Shown here: positions 27,175-36,190 of the stretch, in pieces | How positions within the stretch are numbered: the stretch's first letter is position 1 | Layout: each line of letters begins with the position of its first letter | From: an uncultured Candidatus Saccharibacteria bacterium | GTDB taxonomy: Bacteria; Patescibacteriota; Saccharimonadia; Saccharimonadales; JAGQNJ01 | DNA: 64,000 bases | Direction of reading: 5' to 3' | Assembly: GCA_964426845.1 (NCBI GenBank) | Contig: CAYRSA010000001.1 | Location: 107,237-171,236, forward strand | Notes under the pieces: generated by a model | Database searches by the model: none | Told to the model about the DNA's origin: nothing | What the model saw: the letters and a program-made list of their open reading frames with translations, nothing else | Made by a program: the position numbers and the translations under genes

Positions 27175-27202
27175 ATGTCGCACATTGTATATTTTGCGAC
27201 AT
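27175..27202. other. Candidate dif (Xer recombinase) site
   Basis: The 28-mer is ATGTCGCACAT-TGTATA-TTTTGCGACAT: 11-bp inverted-repeat arms around a 6-bp core. It lies in the gene-free gap at the strand-orientation switch. Confidence 0.5.
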
Positions 27203-27373
27203 GCATATCTGGTTAAGGAATGATTACTGATACCTCTTCTAACAGGGGAGTTTCTTGGCTTATAGCATTACAAGCTCAGTTTGTCATGCGTGATGCCCTA
27301 CAGACTCTTTAATAGCCTGTCGCGGCCTTGACTGACTCTAAGGCCCTTATGTGTGCGTTATGCCGCTTTATGC

Positions 27374-27414
27374 TTGTCCACAGCGTCCACAGTCTGTCCA
27401 CAGAGTTTTCCACA
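27374..27414 (+). promoter_or_regulatory. Array of four co-oriented DnaA-box-like 9-mers followed by an AT-rich stretch
   Basis: The boxes are TTGTCCACA (27374), GCGTCCACA (27383), CTGTCCACA (27394) and TTTTCCACA (27406). Against the consensus TTATCCACA they score 8, 6, 7 and 8 of 9. Confidence 0.4.
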
Positions 27415-27638
27415 ACAAGATTTGCAATATTTGCTTTTTCCTACTTTTGTTGTCTTTTTAGCTAATGCCCTGCTGTCTCCCGGTTTTCACGAAAATTTGA
27501 CTTTTCACGTTTTCAATATGCTGAGTATGTTTTTTCTAATCACCAGTCAATTATTAGAATATGAACAATTTACGAACACGGGCAGAGGAGAAGAAGAGAG
27601 GTCTTTATTGTTTGACCGAAGTAAGTTCCACCTGCCGG

Positions 27639-28553
27639 CTACTTATAATAAGCTCGCTCATCGACTCGAACGTCAACATACTCGGCTGGGGTCACCTTCT
27701 TCCCTTCTAGATGCTTGTTGAGAGCTAAATAGGTGCCGACTTGCTGCAAGGCATCCCCTGTAGTCGTAAACTTAACGTAATAGGGCTTACCCTCGATAAA
27801 CACTAAGATTTCACTGGCCCGAGGTGGCAACTCCATACGCGAGACTTTCAAGCCCTTTAGGGCCAATTGGTCGCGAATGGTTTGTATAAATCGAATATCG
27901 TGCCCAGTTAGGACCTGACTGCCCGGCTGGATAGCCAGCTGGGCCGAGTCCTTAACCGGAATCAGAGCCAAAGCCCCCAGGTCGGCCACCTGATCAGCAT
28001 TAATTAGCGCCCTGCCCTGCTCATCAATTACAAATTTGGACGGTCCGCTTTCCAGCAACAGAACTGGCTCGGCCACCTGAACGTAAACAACAGGAGTCCG
28101 ACTAATGATAGGCAGGACCACTGCTACGTTGGTAATTTCCGAGAATTGTTCTTGGAGGCTACGTTCAATATCGCTGGTATCTAGGGTCAGCTTGTTGCGG
28201 GTTAGCACCGACTGCTCCATAAGCTTCTGAGCCGCCTCCTGATACTCACTTTCTGGCCTCAAAATGGCTTTACTAGCGGCATTTTGATCATTAACCATAC
28301 TTACCCGCGGGCGGGGCGATAGCGTTAGGGCCCACAATACGCTAATCAGTATTAGCAAGCCGGCAATCAGCGTCGGCAGGTGGCGCAAGCGAGCTCTAAC
28401 AGAGGCGAAAAACGACGGCTTGTCTCGCGATTGGCTGGCGTCGAACTCCGTATCCCGGTTTTGATAATAGGAAAAAACCGCCTTGTTCTTGGAAGGCTGA
28501 GCGGCCGTGGTCCGGCGCCCTTCCGGGGCCGATGATTTTTTCTTTCTAAACAT
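27639..28553 (-). CDS. ftsQ: Cell division protein FtsQ/DivIB-like (TM + POTRA)
   Basis: It sits directly after murG in the dcw cluster. It has a basic N-terminus, one TM helix, and a POTRA-like segment (KLTLDTSDIERSLQEQFSEITNVAVV). Confidence 0.75.
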   Translation of the reverse strand: MFRKKKSSAPEGRRTTAAQPSKNKAVFSYYQNRDTEFDASQSRDKPSFFASVRARLRHLPTLIAGLLILISVLWALTLSPRPRVSMVNDQNAASKAILRPESEYQEAAQKLMEQSVLTRNKLTLDTSDIERSLQEQFSEITNVAVVLPIISRTPVVYVQVAEPVLLLESGPSKFVIDEQGRALINADQVADLGALALIPVKDSAQLAIQPGSQVLTGHDIRFIQTIRDQLALKGLKVSRMELPPRASEILVFIEGKPYYVKFTTTGDALQQVGTYLALNKHLEGKKVTPAEYVDVRVDERAYYK

Positions 28554-28559
28554 AATTCT

Positions 28560-29708
28560 TTATTTTTGGGTGATCTCTTCAATTATAGCAGTTAAAGCTT
28601 GGGCCGCGTCAGGTTTGGCAAGTTTAGCTATATTGCCGGCCAGCTGGCGGCGTTGGTCAGCAGAGCTAAGCAGATCGGCTAAGGACTTCTCAAAAATTGC
28701 TCTCAGAGCAGCCTGCTCTTCCAAAACTATCACGGCCGCTTGGTGTTGTTCTAAGTACTCAGCGTTCCTGGTCTGTTGCCCCCCTGTTAGCTGAGGATTA
28801 GGTACCAATAAACAGGCTTTGCCCTGCACGGCTAGCTCGGCTATGGTCGTAGCTCCGGCTCGAGCCACCACCAAATCAGCCGCCCCAGTCAAGGCTGCTA
28901 GATCGTCGGTAAAAGCTACTTCCCTTACCCGATCTGCAAGGTCTGAGGACAACCCGCTGTAAACCGAGTCCTCAGAACCAGTCTGGTGTAAGATATAAAG
29001 CTTAGGGAAACTGGTCAGCAGAGATTCAGCCACAGCCGCCAAAGCCTTGTTCAGGCGTTCGGCCCCCAGGCTACCACCGGTCACAGTCATTACTAAAGCC
29101 TCGGCCGGCAATTTCAGGTCTGTCCGAAACTTCTCCTTATCGGCCGAGGAAACGTGCTGGTAGGCCTTATTGAGTGGAATGCCAGTGTACTCAGTCTTAG
29201 CTTCCTGATAGGAATAAAACTCGGCTGGCATACCAACGGCGTGGCAATAGGCTCCACCAGCGATTAGGCGATTAGCCAGTCCCGGCACGGTGTCCGAGTC
29301 GTGCGTAAAATACGGGATTCGCCGGGCTCGGCAGGCCAACCCCACCGGTACACCGACGAAGCCGCCCTTAATAAACACCACCTCTGGTCGCAAGCCACCC
29401 AGCAAGCGAAAACTCTGAAAGAATCCAGCTATGAAGTAAAAGAAGTCACGGAAGTTTTTTAAGTTAGTGCGGATATCAAAGACATGTGATAAAAACGACT
29501 CGCCGTGATAGCGCCGAAACTTGCCGGCCCTAATGGTATAAACTTTGTCGATATCTTTAGAAGCCCTAGGCAAATCGTCGAACTTACTGCCCTTCTCGAT
29601 GACATAGGCTATCTCGGCTTTATGATGGCTCGAGCGTAATTTATGAGCGACGGCCAGAAGGGGTGTAATATGCCCCCCGCTGCCCCCGCCGACCAGAAGA
29701 ACCTTCAT
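28560..29708 (-). CDS. murG: Undecaprenyldiphospho-muramoylpentapeptide beta-N-acetylglucosaminyltransferase
   Basis: The N-terminus is MKVLLVGGGSGGHITPLLAVAHKL, the protein has the GT28 layout, and it sits in dcw context. Confidence 0.93.
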   Translation of the reverse strand: MKVLLVGGGSGGHITPLLAVAHKLRSSHHKAEIAYVIEKGSKFDDLPRASKDIDKVYTIRAGKFRRYHGESFLSHVFDIRTNLKNFRDFFYFIAGFFQSFRLLGGLRPEVVFIKGGFVGVPVGLACRARRIPYFTHDSDTVPGLANRLIAGGAYCHAVGMPAEFYSYQEAKTEYTGIPLNKAYQHVSSADKEKFRTDLKLPAEALVMTVTGGSLGAERLNKALAAVAESLLTSFPKLYILHQTGSEDSVYSGLSSDLADRVREVAFTDDLAALTGAADLVVARAGATTIAELAVQGKACLLVPNPQLTGGQQTRNAEYLEQHQAAVIVLEEQAALRAIFEKSLADLLSSADQRRQLAGNIAKLAKPDAAQALTAIIEEITQK

Positions 29709-30900
29709 GGCTTGGGACCTTTCCTTTTACTTCTAAGCTTATCCGAAAATTGGTATAGCGACTAACGGCGAAAACCAGCCCGACGGCCGCGCCCACAAAC
29801 AGTAGGCTGGTACCGCCGTAACTGATAAACGGCAAAGTGATCCCCTTCAGTGGCAACAGCCCGACCATGGCACCAATATTAATGATGGCCTGGGTCGATA
29901 GCCAAGCCAGCACACCGGCCACCAGCAACCGCATGTAATCATCAGGAGACCGCTCGAATATCTTCATGATCCTGGCGAACAGGGCCACAAACAAGCCTAT
30001 CAGGAACGCCGAGCCCAGAAAGCCAAACTTTTCAGCATAAATGGCAAAAATCGAGTCATTGGCCGCCTCTGGCAAGTAACCGTAAGCTTGGACGCTACGG
30101 GCCAGTCCCAGCCCAAACATGCCGCCGGAACCAACAGCAATCAGCGCCTGGCAAGACTGGTAACCGGCCCCTTGGCAATCAGCTGTCGGATTCAAAAAAG
30201 TCTCGACCCGCGACCGTCGGTAAGCACTGGTGGAAATCGCCATGAACACCCCGATCAGCACCACCGCCCCAACTAGTAAAACCTTTTTCATCGGCATACC
30301 GGCCACGAAAACCATAGCTGACATAATCGACACCATGACGGCGGCCGAGCCCAGGTCACTCTGTAAAACTGCTACCAGTACCCCGATAATGGCCAGAGCC
30401 ATCAATAACGGCTTCAAAGTCTTATTCCAGTCCTGAAGTGTTCCTTCTTGAATGCGGTTTGCCAAAAAGCCAGCCAGCCAAATAACCAAGGCAAATTTGA
30501 TCAGCTCGGCCACCTGAAAGGAAAAGCCGGCTACCTGAACCCAGCGATAAGCGCCGTTGACCTGTTCCCCCAGTAGACGTACCAGCACCGAGGCCACCAC
30601 TGCCGAGATTATCAGGGGTTTTTCAGCCTTACGCCAGGCCGATGGACGAATATTGCCGACTACAATAAAAGCCGCCACCCCTAAGGCAATGGCAATTAAC
30701 TGTTTGGACACGTAATAATTGTCGCTGACGTTATTTGAGGCCGCTAGAGCCGGGCTTATGGCAAAAACCGTAATTAGCCCGATTACCATAAGAATCACGC
30801 TTAGAAGCGGCAATATGTAGTCAGGACGGTGCCGCCTGGCCTGGACTTGGCCTCGCTGTCGATTGTCGGCTCGGCTAACTACCGGGCTGACTGGGCTCAT
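29641..30900 (-). CDS. ftsW: SEDS-family peptidoglycan polymerase FtsW/RodA
   Basis: About 10 TM helices with the conserved PLKGITLPFISYGGTS. I set the start to ATG 30900 (MSPVSPV...), which forms an ATGA overlap with the mraY stop. The track start at 30963 would overlap mraY by 67 nt. Confidence 0.9.
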   Translation of the reverse strand: MSPVSPVVSRADNRQRGQVQARRHRPDYILPLLSVILMVIGLITVFAISPALAASNNVSDNYYVSKQLIAIALGVAAFIVVGNIRPSAWRKAEKPLIISAVVASVLVRLLGEQVNGAYRWVQVAGFSFQVAELIKFALVIWLAGFLANRIQEGTLQDWNKTLKPLLMALAIIGVLVAVLQSDLGSAAVMVSIMSAMVFVAGMPMKKVLLVGAVVLIGVFMAISTSAYRRSRVETFLNPTADCQGAGYQSCQALIAVGSGGMFGLGLARSVQAYGYLPEAANDSIFAIYAEKFGFLGSAFLIGLFVALFARIMKIFERSPDDYMRLLVAGVLAWLSTQAIINIGAMVGLLPLKGITLPFISYGGTSLLFVGAAVGLVFAVSRYTNFRISLEVKGKVPSHEGSSGRRGQRGAYYTPSGRRS

Positions 30901-31940
30901 AGATACCTGCCCAGGACAAACAGGGCGATACCCATTACCCCGGCGACTTGTCCCAAAATCCAAAAACGCATGGTTACTTTAGTCTCTGGCCATCCTATAG
31001 CTTCAAAGTGGTGATGGAGCGGTGAAATCTTGAAAATCTTCTTGCCATGGCGCAGTTTTTTAGAAGTAATCTGTAGAATCACCGATCCTGTCTCAGCTAC
31101 AAAGACAATGCCAATAATCGGCAATAGCCAGACTGTGTCGGTAATCATGGCCACCACGCCCAGAGCCACCCCCAGAGACGTAGCCCCGACATCGCCCATA
31201 AAGAACCGGGCTGGGTAAACATTGAACCAGGTATAGGCCAGCAAAGCCCCAACAATTGATAGACAAAAGCCCGAAACGCCGTAGCGCCCCTCTATAAAAG
31301 CAATAACCGCATAAGCTCCGAAAGCAATGGCCGTCAGACCGCCAGCCAAACCATCTAATCCATCGGTGATATTAACAGCGTTGGCCGTAGCTACTACTAC
31401 CAGCACAAACAGGGGTACAATCAGCCAACCCAAGGCCCACTCGCCGCCCCCAGGCAGACTGACACTAGTGACATCCAACTTGGTGAAGAAATAGAGTCCA
31501 CCAATCAAAGCTACTGCTGTGGTCATTAGCAATTTCAGTTTTGAGGACAAGCCTGCTACACCGAAGTCCGGCCCCTTCACATTGACGAAATCATCAATCA
31601 AGCCAATGACACCAGCCCCAACGAAGGCCGCCAGCGGCAACCAGGTCTGATCGCGGCTAAGGTTCAATAACAGGGTCACTACGGTCACACTGACTAGGAA
31701 AATCATGCCAGCCATGGTCGGAATGTGCCGGTCGTGCTTTTTAGCGTGGAGCTTGGTGAAAACTGTGGCTACAGCCCCAGTTACAGTTTTGGTACGAGGT
31801 TTTTTCCACCACTCGTATTTGAAGGCAAAGTGAGTATATACAGGGGTCAACAGCATGCTTAAGATAAAGGTAACAACGCCCAAGCCCAAGATTCGAGTTA
31901 ATGTGTCGGTCTCGATTACCAGATTTATAGTTTCGTTCAT
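30897..31940 (-). CDS. mraY: Phospho-N-acetylmuramoyl-pentapeptide transferase
   Basis: NAVNITDGLDGLA, MGDVGATSLG and PLHHHFE are MraY signatures. Confidence 0.95.
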   Translation of the reverse strand: MNETINLVIETDTLTRILGLGVVTFILSMLLTPVYTHFAFKYEWWKKPRTKTVTGAVATVFTKLHAKKHDRHIPTMAGMIFLVSVTVVTLLLNLSRDQTWLPLAAFVGAGVIGLIDDFVNVKGPDFGVAGLSSKLKLLMTTAVALIGGLYFFTKLDVTSVSLPGGGEWALGWLIVPLFVLVVVATANAVNITDGLDGLAGGLTAIAFGAYAVIAFIEGRYGVSGFCLSIVGALLAYTWFNVYPARFFMGDVGATSLGVALGVVAMITDTVWLLPIIGIVFVAETGSVILQITSKKLRHGKKIFKISPLHHHFEAIGWPETKVTMRFWILGQVAGVMGIALFVLGRYL

Positions 31941-32031
31941 ACTTGGTCATTATTATACCCCAACCGATAGCTCTTTGTCGTCAAAAGCAGGTATGCCGGT
32001 AGTTGCCCAGGAGCTTGCCGTACTCAAGGTA

Positions 32032-32607
32032 TTAGTTAGCGATGCTCGTTTTTGAAATGTCCAACACGGAAACAATAAGATTATATTCTTGCTTGATGTT
32101 TCGGCGATTACCAAAGTAGGCTTCATCACCGAAGCCAGTGTCTCCTACCCCGATGTAATCATAATTTCGAAGCTCTTTAAACTCTTCTACGCAAGCCAAA
32201 ACTCCTTGTTGACGTTCATTAGATACACATAAGTAATCGGGGCTGTCGCTGGCCGGGTTGTGTTCAATTTCTACTTTTGACCAACCTGCCGTGGCAAGCT
32301 TTTCTCGTATGTTTAGAGACTCTGTGCTGTTAACCTGATAATAGTTAGACACTTCTGGGTATAAATATACGTAGTAATTCCCTTTTTTATACAGCGTTGA
32401 ACGATGACCAATTGCCTGCTGGTCGACAAGCCCTTCTATATTAAGGTCGATTGCAATAGAATCTAGCACCTTCATAATAGTGCTTGTTTGTTGTCGATCC
32501 TTTTCTTGAAGTTTGCGAGTGTTTATATAGCCGAAGATCCCATAGCCTACGATGATTATCACGGTAATCCCTACAAGAGCAAGAAGCAACTTACGCATAG
32601 CTAGCAT
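32032..32607 (-). CDS. Hypothetical membrane-anchored protein inserted in the dcw cluster
   Basis: 191 aa with one N-terminal TM helix. It is visibly more AT-rich than the flanking ftsI and mraY. An extended -10 (TGTTATCAT, 32622-32614) lies 6 nt before the ATG. Confidence 0.55.
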   Translation of the reverse strand: MLAMRKLLLALVGITVIIIVGYGIFGYINTRKLQEKDRQQTSTIMKVLDSIAIDLNIEGLVDQQAIGHRSTLYKKGNYYVYLYPEVSNYYQVNSTESLNIREKLATAGWSKVEIEHNPASDSPDYLCVSNERQQGVLACVEEFKELRNYDYIGVGDTGFGDEAYFGNRRNIKQEYNLIVSVLDISKTSIAN

Positions 32608-32688
32608 GAACCAATGATAACATGAGAAGATTTTTCATATATATATATGGCTATTCGGGTGTGCCTGAACAACACGGGCCGATTGTAG

Positions 32689-34458
32689 TTACTGGCTCTT
32701 TGGCGACACCGCAAAGTTATTTATTAGCATTTGTGAAGCTGCCGTAAAGATTGGCCCGGCGGCCCTAGAACCGGCATAGCCAGGGATACCTGGCTCATTA
32801 ACCCGAATAATGATCACATACTCAATCTTGTCGCCACCGACAAAGCCCATGAACATGCCGTTATATTTGTCTTCGTAGTAGCCGCCATTAGGATTGGAAA
32901 TCTGAGCCGTACCGGTTTTACCACCGATACTGTAGTTGGCCGGCACGCTCTTCATGCCGTAAACGGTGTGGTTGGCCTGAACAACCTGTTGCATAAAGTC
33001 TTTGATGGTAGCCGAGGTGGCTGGTGATACCACATCTTTTCGAACCACTTCCGGCTGATTCACCACTTCCTCGCCATTAGGCAGAATAACCTTGTCTACC
33101 AGGTATGGTTTGTAGTAGGTGCCACCGTTAATGATCGAGGATATAGCCGCACCCAACTGCAAAGGCGTGGCCGACATACCCTGCCCGAAGGCCGAGTTGG
33201 CATACTGAATATTTAGACCAAACCCCTCGGTGGGATGTGGGATAGTCCCGGCTTGTTCATAGCCCTGCTCGATTCCCGTTGGCTGGCCCAAACGGTAATG
33301 ATTAGTCATGTAGTCATACCAGGTATTTCGAGCCTTCTCATTGATTTGACCGCCCCCCATTTGCATCAACAACCAAGTAGCCCCAGTGTTAAGCGACATT
33401 TTCAAGATATCGGCTACTGTCCTGGTGCCCGAGCCTCGAACTTCCTCGACGTTAGTTATCTCCTTGGTATCAACTGTAAATTTGCCTGGGTCAAAATAAC
33501 TTTGATTAGCTTGGACCGCCCCGCTATTAAGAGCGGCGGCCGTCGTCAGAGGCTTCATGACCGAGCCAATTTCCAAGGGACTACTAACGGCCGCGTTACT
33601 AAAGACGGCGGCGTCCTCTTGCTTAAAGAACTCCGCCGGATTATAGGTCGGATAATTAGCCATAGCCTTAATCGCCCCACTGTTAGGATCCATAATCAGA
33701 GCACTGCCAGACTTAGACTTCGCCTTGTCCAGCCCCTCTTTCAAAATGGTCTCTAACTGCCGCTGCATCGGCACATCAATGGTCAGGACAATTTGCTGTC
33801 CAGCCACCGGGTCAATTACTACGTTATCGCTATTGGCAGCCAACGGCACGCCTTTAGCATCTGTCACAGCTTTCAGCTGGCCCGGCTTCCCTTTAAGGTC
33901 GTCGTTAAGAAACTGTTCCACACCGTACTTGCCGGCACCTTCATCATTAACAAAGCCCAGGACCTGAGCGGCCAGTGACCCCTGGGGATAGACCCGAACC
34001 GGCTCGCTCTTAGTGCCGACGCCTTTTAGCTCTAGTTCAGCTACAGCCTCCTGTTGCTGGCGAGTCAGCTTCTTAGCCAAAATCGAATACCGAGTATCAG
34101 CTCGCATCAACTTCTCATAAGTCACCTGGTCGCCACCTATCACCTTTTGAATCTTGGCGGCTGCATCCTCTGGATTACGGATAAACTTAGGATCAGCAAA
34201 CAAGGTGAAGCGCTCTTCGTTCAGCACCAGCGGCACCGTCTTGTCGCCATCATGGGCCGAGATAGTCCCCCGTTCCGGCGCTACTTCATACTCTTTGTAT
34301 TGGCCGGCTAGGGCCGTGTCCCGGTAATAACTATGTCGAATGACCTGCAGATAAAACAGCCGAACCAAAATCAGCACAAATATAAAAAGTAGAATCGCGT
34401 ACATTATCCGGGCACGCGTTAAAATATGTGCTGGTTTTTCTGACTGGGCTGGGGGCAT
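32689..34458 (-). CDS. ftsI: Penicillin-binding protein 2/FtsI-type transpeptidase
   Basis: It has the SxxK motif (GSVMKP), SxN (SLN) and KTGT (GGKTGTAQ), plus an N-terminal TM helix, and sits in dcw context. Confidence 0.93.
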   Translation of the reverse strand: MPPAQSEKPAHILTRARIMYAILLFIFVLILVRLFYLQVIRHSYYRDTALAGQYKEYEVAPERGTISAHDGDKTVPLVLNEERFTLFADPKFIRNPEDAAAKIQKVIGGDQVTYEKLMRADTRYSILAKKLTRQQQEAVAELELKGVGTKSEPVRVYPQGSLAAQVLGFVNDEGAGKYGVEQFLNDDLKGKPGQLKAVTDAKGVPLAANSDNVVIDPVAGQQIVLTIDVPMQRQLETILKEGLDKAKSKSGSALIMDPNSGAIKAMANYPTYNPAEFFKQEDAAVFSNAAVSSPLEIGSVMKPLTTAAALNSGAVQANQSYFDPGKFTVDTKEITNVEEVRGSGTRTVADILKMSLNTGATWLLMQMGGGQINEKARNTWYDYMTNHYRLGQPTGIEQGYEQAGTIPHPTEGFGLNIQYANSAFGQGMSATPLQLGAAISSIINGGTYYKPYLVDKVILPNGEEVVNQPEVVRKDVVSPATSATIKDFMQQVVQANHTVYGMKSVPANYSIGGKTGTAQISNPNGGYYEDKYNGMFMGFVGGDKIEYVIIIRVNEPGIPGYAGSRAAGPIFTAASQMLINNFAVSPKSQ

Positions 34459-34467
34459 ACTTCTATT

Positions 34468-34818
34468 CTACTGGTTTATAGTGGCAGTTGGCGCTGTACT
34501 AACTAAAGTCTTAGCCGGATCACTGTTTTGGACGCGGTCTAGGGCTTGAAGTCGGGCCGAAGCCACTTCGAGTTCGGCATGCTCTTGACGTAACTCAGTC
34601 TGTTGCTCATTCAGAGCGTTAATCTTGTAGCCATAACTATTCGTTTTAGTTACTTGGGTCAGATACAACAGACCGAGCAAGCAGGCCAGCACAATTAGAA
34701 TAATGGTGTTACTAACTGGGCCGATGCCCTTCTTGCCCTGTCGAAAGCTGGTGGTATTTTGATTGCGTTGTCCAAACCGCTGTTGGCGGCCGACGGAAAT
34801 GCTGGAGGAGTATGTCAT
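34468..34818 (-). CDS. ftsL: FtsL/DivIC-like septation protein (TM + coiled coil)
   Basis: 116 aa between rsmH and ftsI, with a TM helix followed by a heptad-like region (INALNEQQTELRQEHAELEVASARLQAL). Confidence 0.7.
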   Translation of the reverse strand: MTYSSSISVGRQQRFGQRNQNTTSFRQGKKGIGPVSNTIILIVLACLLGLLYLTQVTKTNSYGYKINALNEQQTELRQEHAELEVASARLQALDRVQNSDPAKTLVSTAPTATINQ

Positions 34819-34852
34819 TTGTTAATATCTACCTTTTTGTTTTTGTTTTGGT

Positions 34853-34879
34853 GGTGCGAGCCTGCAAAAGGCTCGCACC
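34853..34879 (-). other. Perfect 10-bp GC-rich stem-loop between rsmH and ftsL
   Basis: GGTGCGAGCC-7 nt-GGCTCGCACC. No U-tract follows on either strand, so it is not a canonical terminator. Confidence 0.4.
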
Positions 34880-34932
34880 TGTTACCAGTCAAAGTCTATA
34901 AGACTCGGACCCGAACTTTGTATGTTCTGGAG

Positions 34933-35868
34933 CTACTTTTTACCTGTATTGGCATATTTTGGCGCCCCTTTCGTTTTTATTTTGACTGCGGCTCGTAAGT
35001 TTGCACTACGCGCTCGCGGATTGAAAACTAATTCTTCACGGCTGGCCTGCACTGGCTTCTTGGTCAGAAGACGGAGTTCGGCATCGTACCGAGCCCCACT
35101 GTGTTCTGCCAGAAACTGCTTGACGATCCGGTCTTCTAAGCTATGAAAGCTTACAACCGCTAATCGCCCGCCTGGCTTTAATAGTTCAAGCCATACTGGC
35201 AAGGCTGCTTTGACCTGCTCAAGCTCATCATTAACTGCTATGCGCAGTGCCTGAAAAGTCTTGGTGGCCGGATGAGCCTTTTGCCACTTAGCCCTAACCG
35301 CTCGTTCCACTACAGATGCTAATTCGGTAGTGGAAGTAATTGGTCGAGCCGCAATAATCTCCTGAGCAATTCGACGAGCCTTGTACTCTTCGCCGTAATC
35401 CTTCAAAATTCGGATCAGCTCAGTTTCGGAGTATTCGTTGACAATGGTCTCAGCTGTCAGCGTTTGGGATGAATCCATGCGCATGTCCAGTGGGCCGTCA
35501 TGTTTAAACGAAAAGCCGCGATTGGTATTGTCAAGGTGCGGTGAACTGACCCCTAAGTCAGCCACGATGATATCGAACTGTCGGCCTTGCCGATCTAGTG
35601 CCCGCGAGGCCTCCAGAAACGAATCCTGGACGATCTGCACGTCTCGGCCCTTGAAGGTTGCTTGCAACTCTTTGACAGCCTGCCCGTCTCGATCGACGAG
35701 TACACTGCCACTATCTTGTAAGGTGCGTTCCAGAATGGCTGATGCGTGCCCACCGTACCCGGCGGTGGCGTCTAGGAGAGTTTCCCCTGCCTTAGGCCCG
35801 ACCAGGTTAAGCACTTGGCTTAGCAATACTGGAATATGTTTTTGGTTTTGGTGATCTTCTTTTTTCAT
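34933..35868 (-). CDS. rsmH: 16S rRNA (cytosine1402-N4)-methyltransferase
   Basis: HIPVLLSQVL, DATAGYGGHA and DLGVSSPHLD are RsmH/MraW motifs. Confidence 0.95.
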   Translation of the reverse strand: MKKEDHQNQKHIPVLLSQVLNLVGPKAGETLLDATAGYGGHASAILERTLQDSGSVLVDRDGQAVKELQATFKGRDVQIVQDSFLEASRALDRQGRQFDIIVADLGVSSPHLDNTNRGFSFKHDGPLDMRMDSSQTLTAETIVNEYSETELIRILKDYGEEYKARRIAQEIIAARPITSTTELASVVERAVRAKWQKAHPATKTFQALRIAVNDELEQVKAALPVWLELLKPGGRLAVVSFHSLEDRIVKQFLAEHSGARYDAELRLLTKKPVQASREELVFNPRARSANLRAAVKIKTKGAPKYANTGKK

Positions 35869-36190
35869 TTTTGTTTTTGTTTTAAAGTCACCTAATCAGT
35901 AGCCAACAGTTTTGTTTTTGCAAATGTTTTTGTTTTTGTTTCAAAAATTTTGTGAACAGAAGTAATTTGACTGGTTTTTGATTTCTCAAAGACCGTATGT
36001 CGAAAGGCTTCTTGAAAACTTTTGTTTGAGAGACTTTGTGTGAGGTGGAGTTTTGGGAGGTGTTTTATCTAAGGTGCGAGGTTTTTTAAAGTGGTTTGTC
36101 CTAAAGTCCACTTGTTGACTACCGAATAGCTAACCTTAAAATTTTGGTTTTTCTGATCTATTCGTATTTGTTAAAGAGCTCTAAATAAAA

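Noticed and set aside
26986-27638. Reading the DnaA-box array plus AT-rich tract as the chromosomal origin (oriC)
   Set aside because: Genes converge on this gap, with + strand genes to its left and 28 consecutive - strand genes to its right. That is the opposite of the divergence expected at an origin. No dnaA or dnaN is adjacent, and a dif-like site lies 170 bp away. I kept the array as a finding but not as oriC.
27353-27721. A 122-aa track ORF lying in the gene-free terminus gap
   Set aside because: It starts inside the DnaA-box-like array and runs through an AT-rich low-complexity tract. It overlaps the 3' end of ftsQ on the opposite strand by 83 nt. It has no RBS and its sequence is not protein-like. 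I treat the region as non-coding.
32637-32648. The (AT)6 microsatellite as a phase-variation switch for the dcw insert gene
   Set aside because: Six dinucleotide units are short for slipped-strand switching, and the tract lies upstream of the extended -10 element rather than in a spacer or coding region. I mention it only in context.
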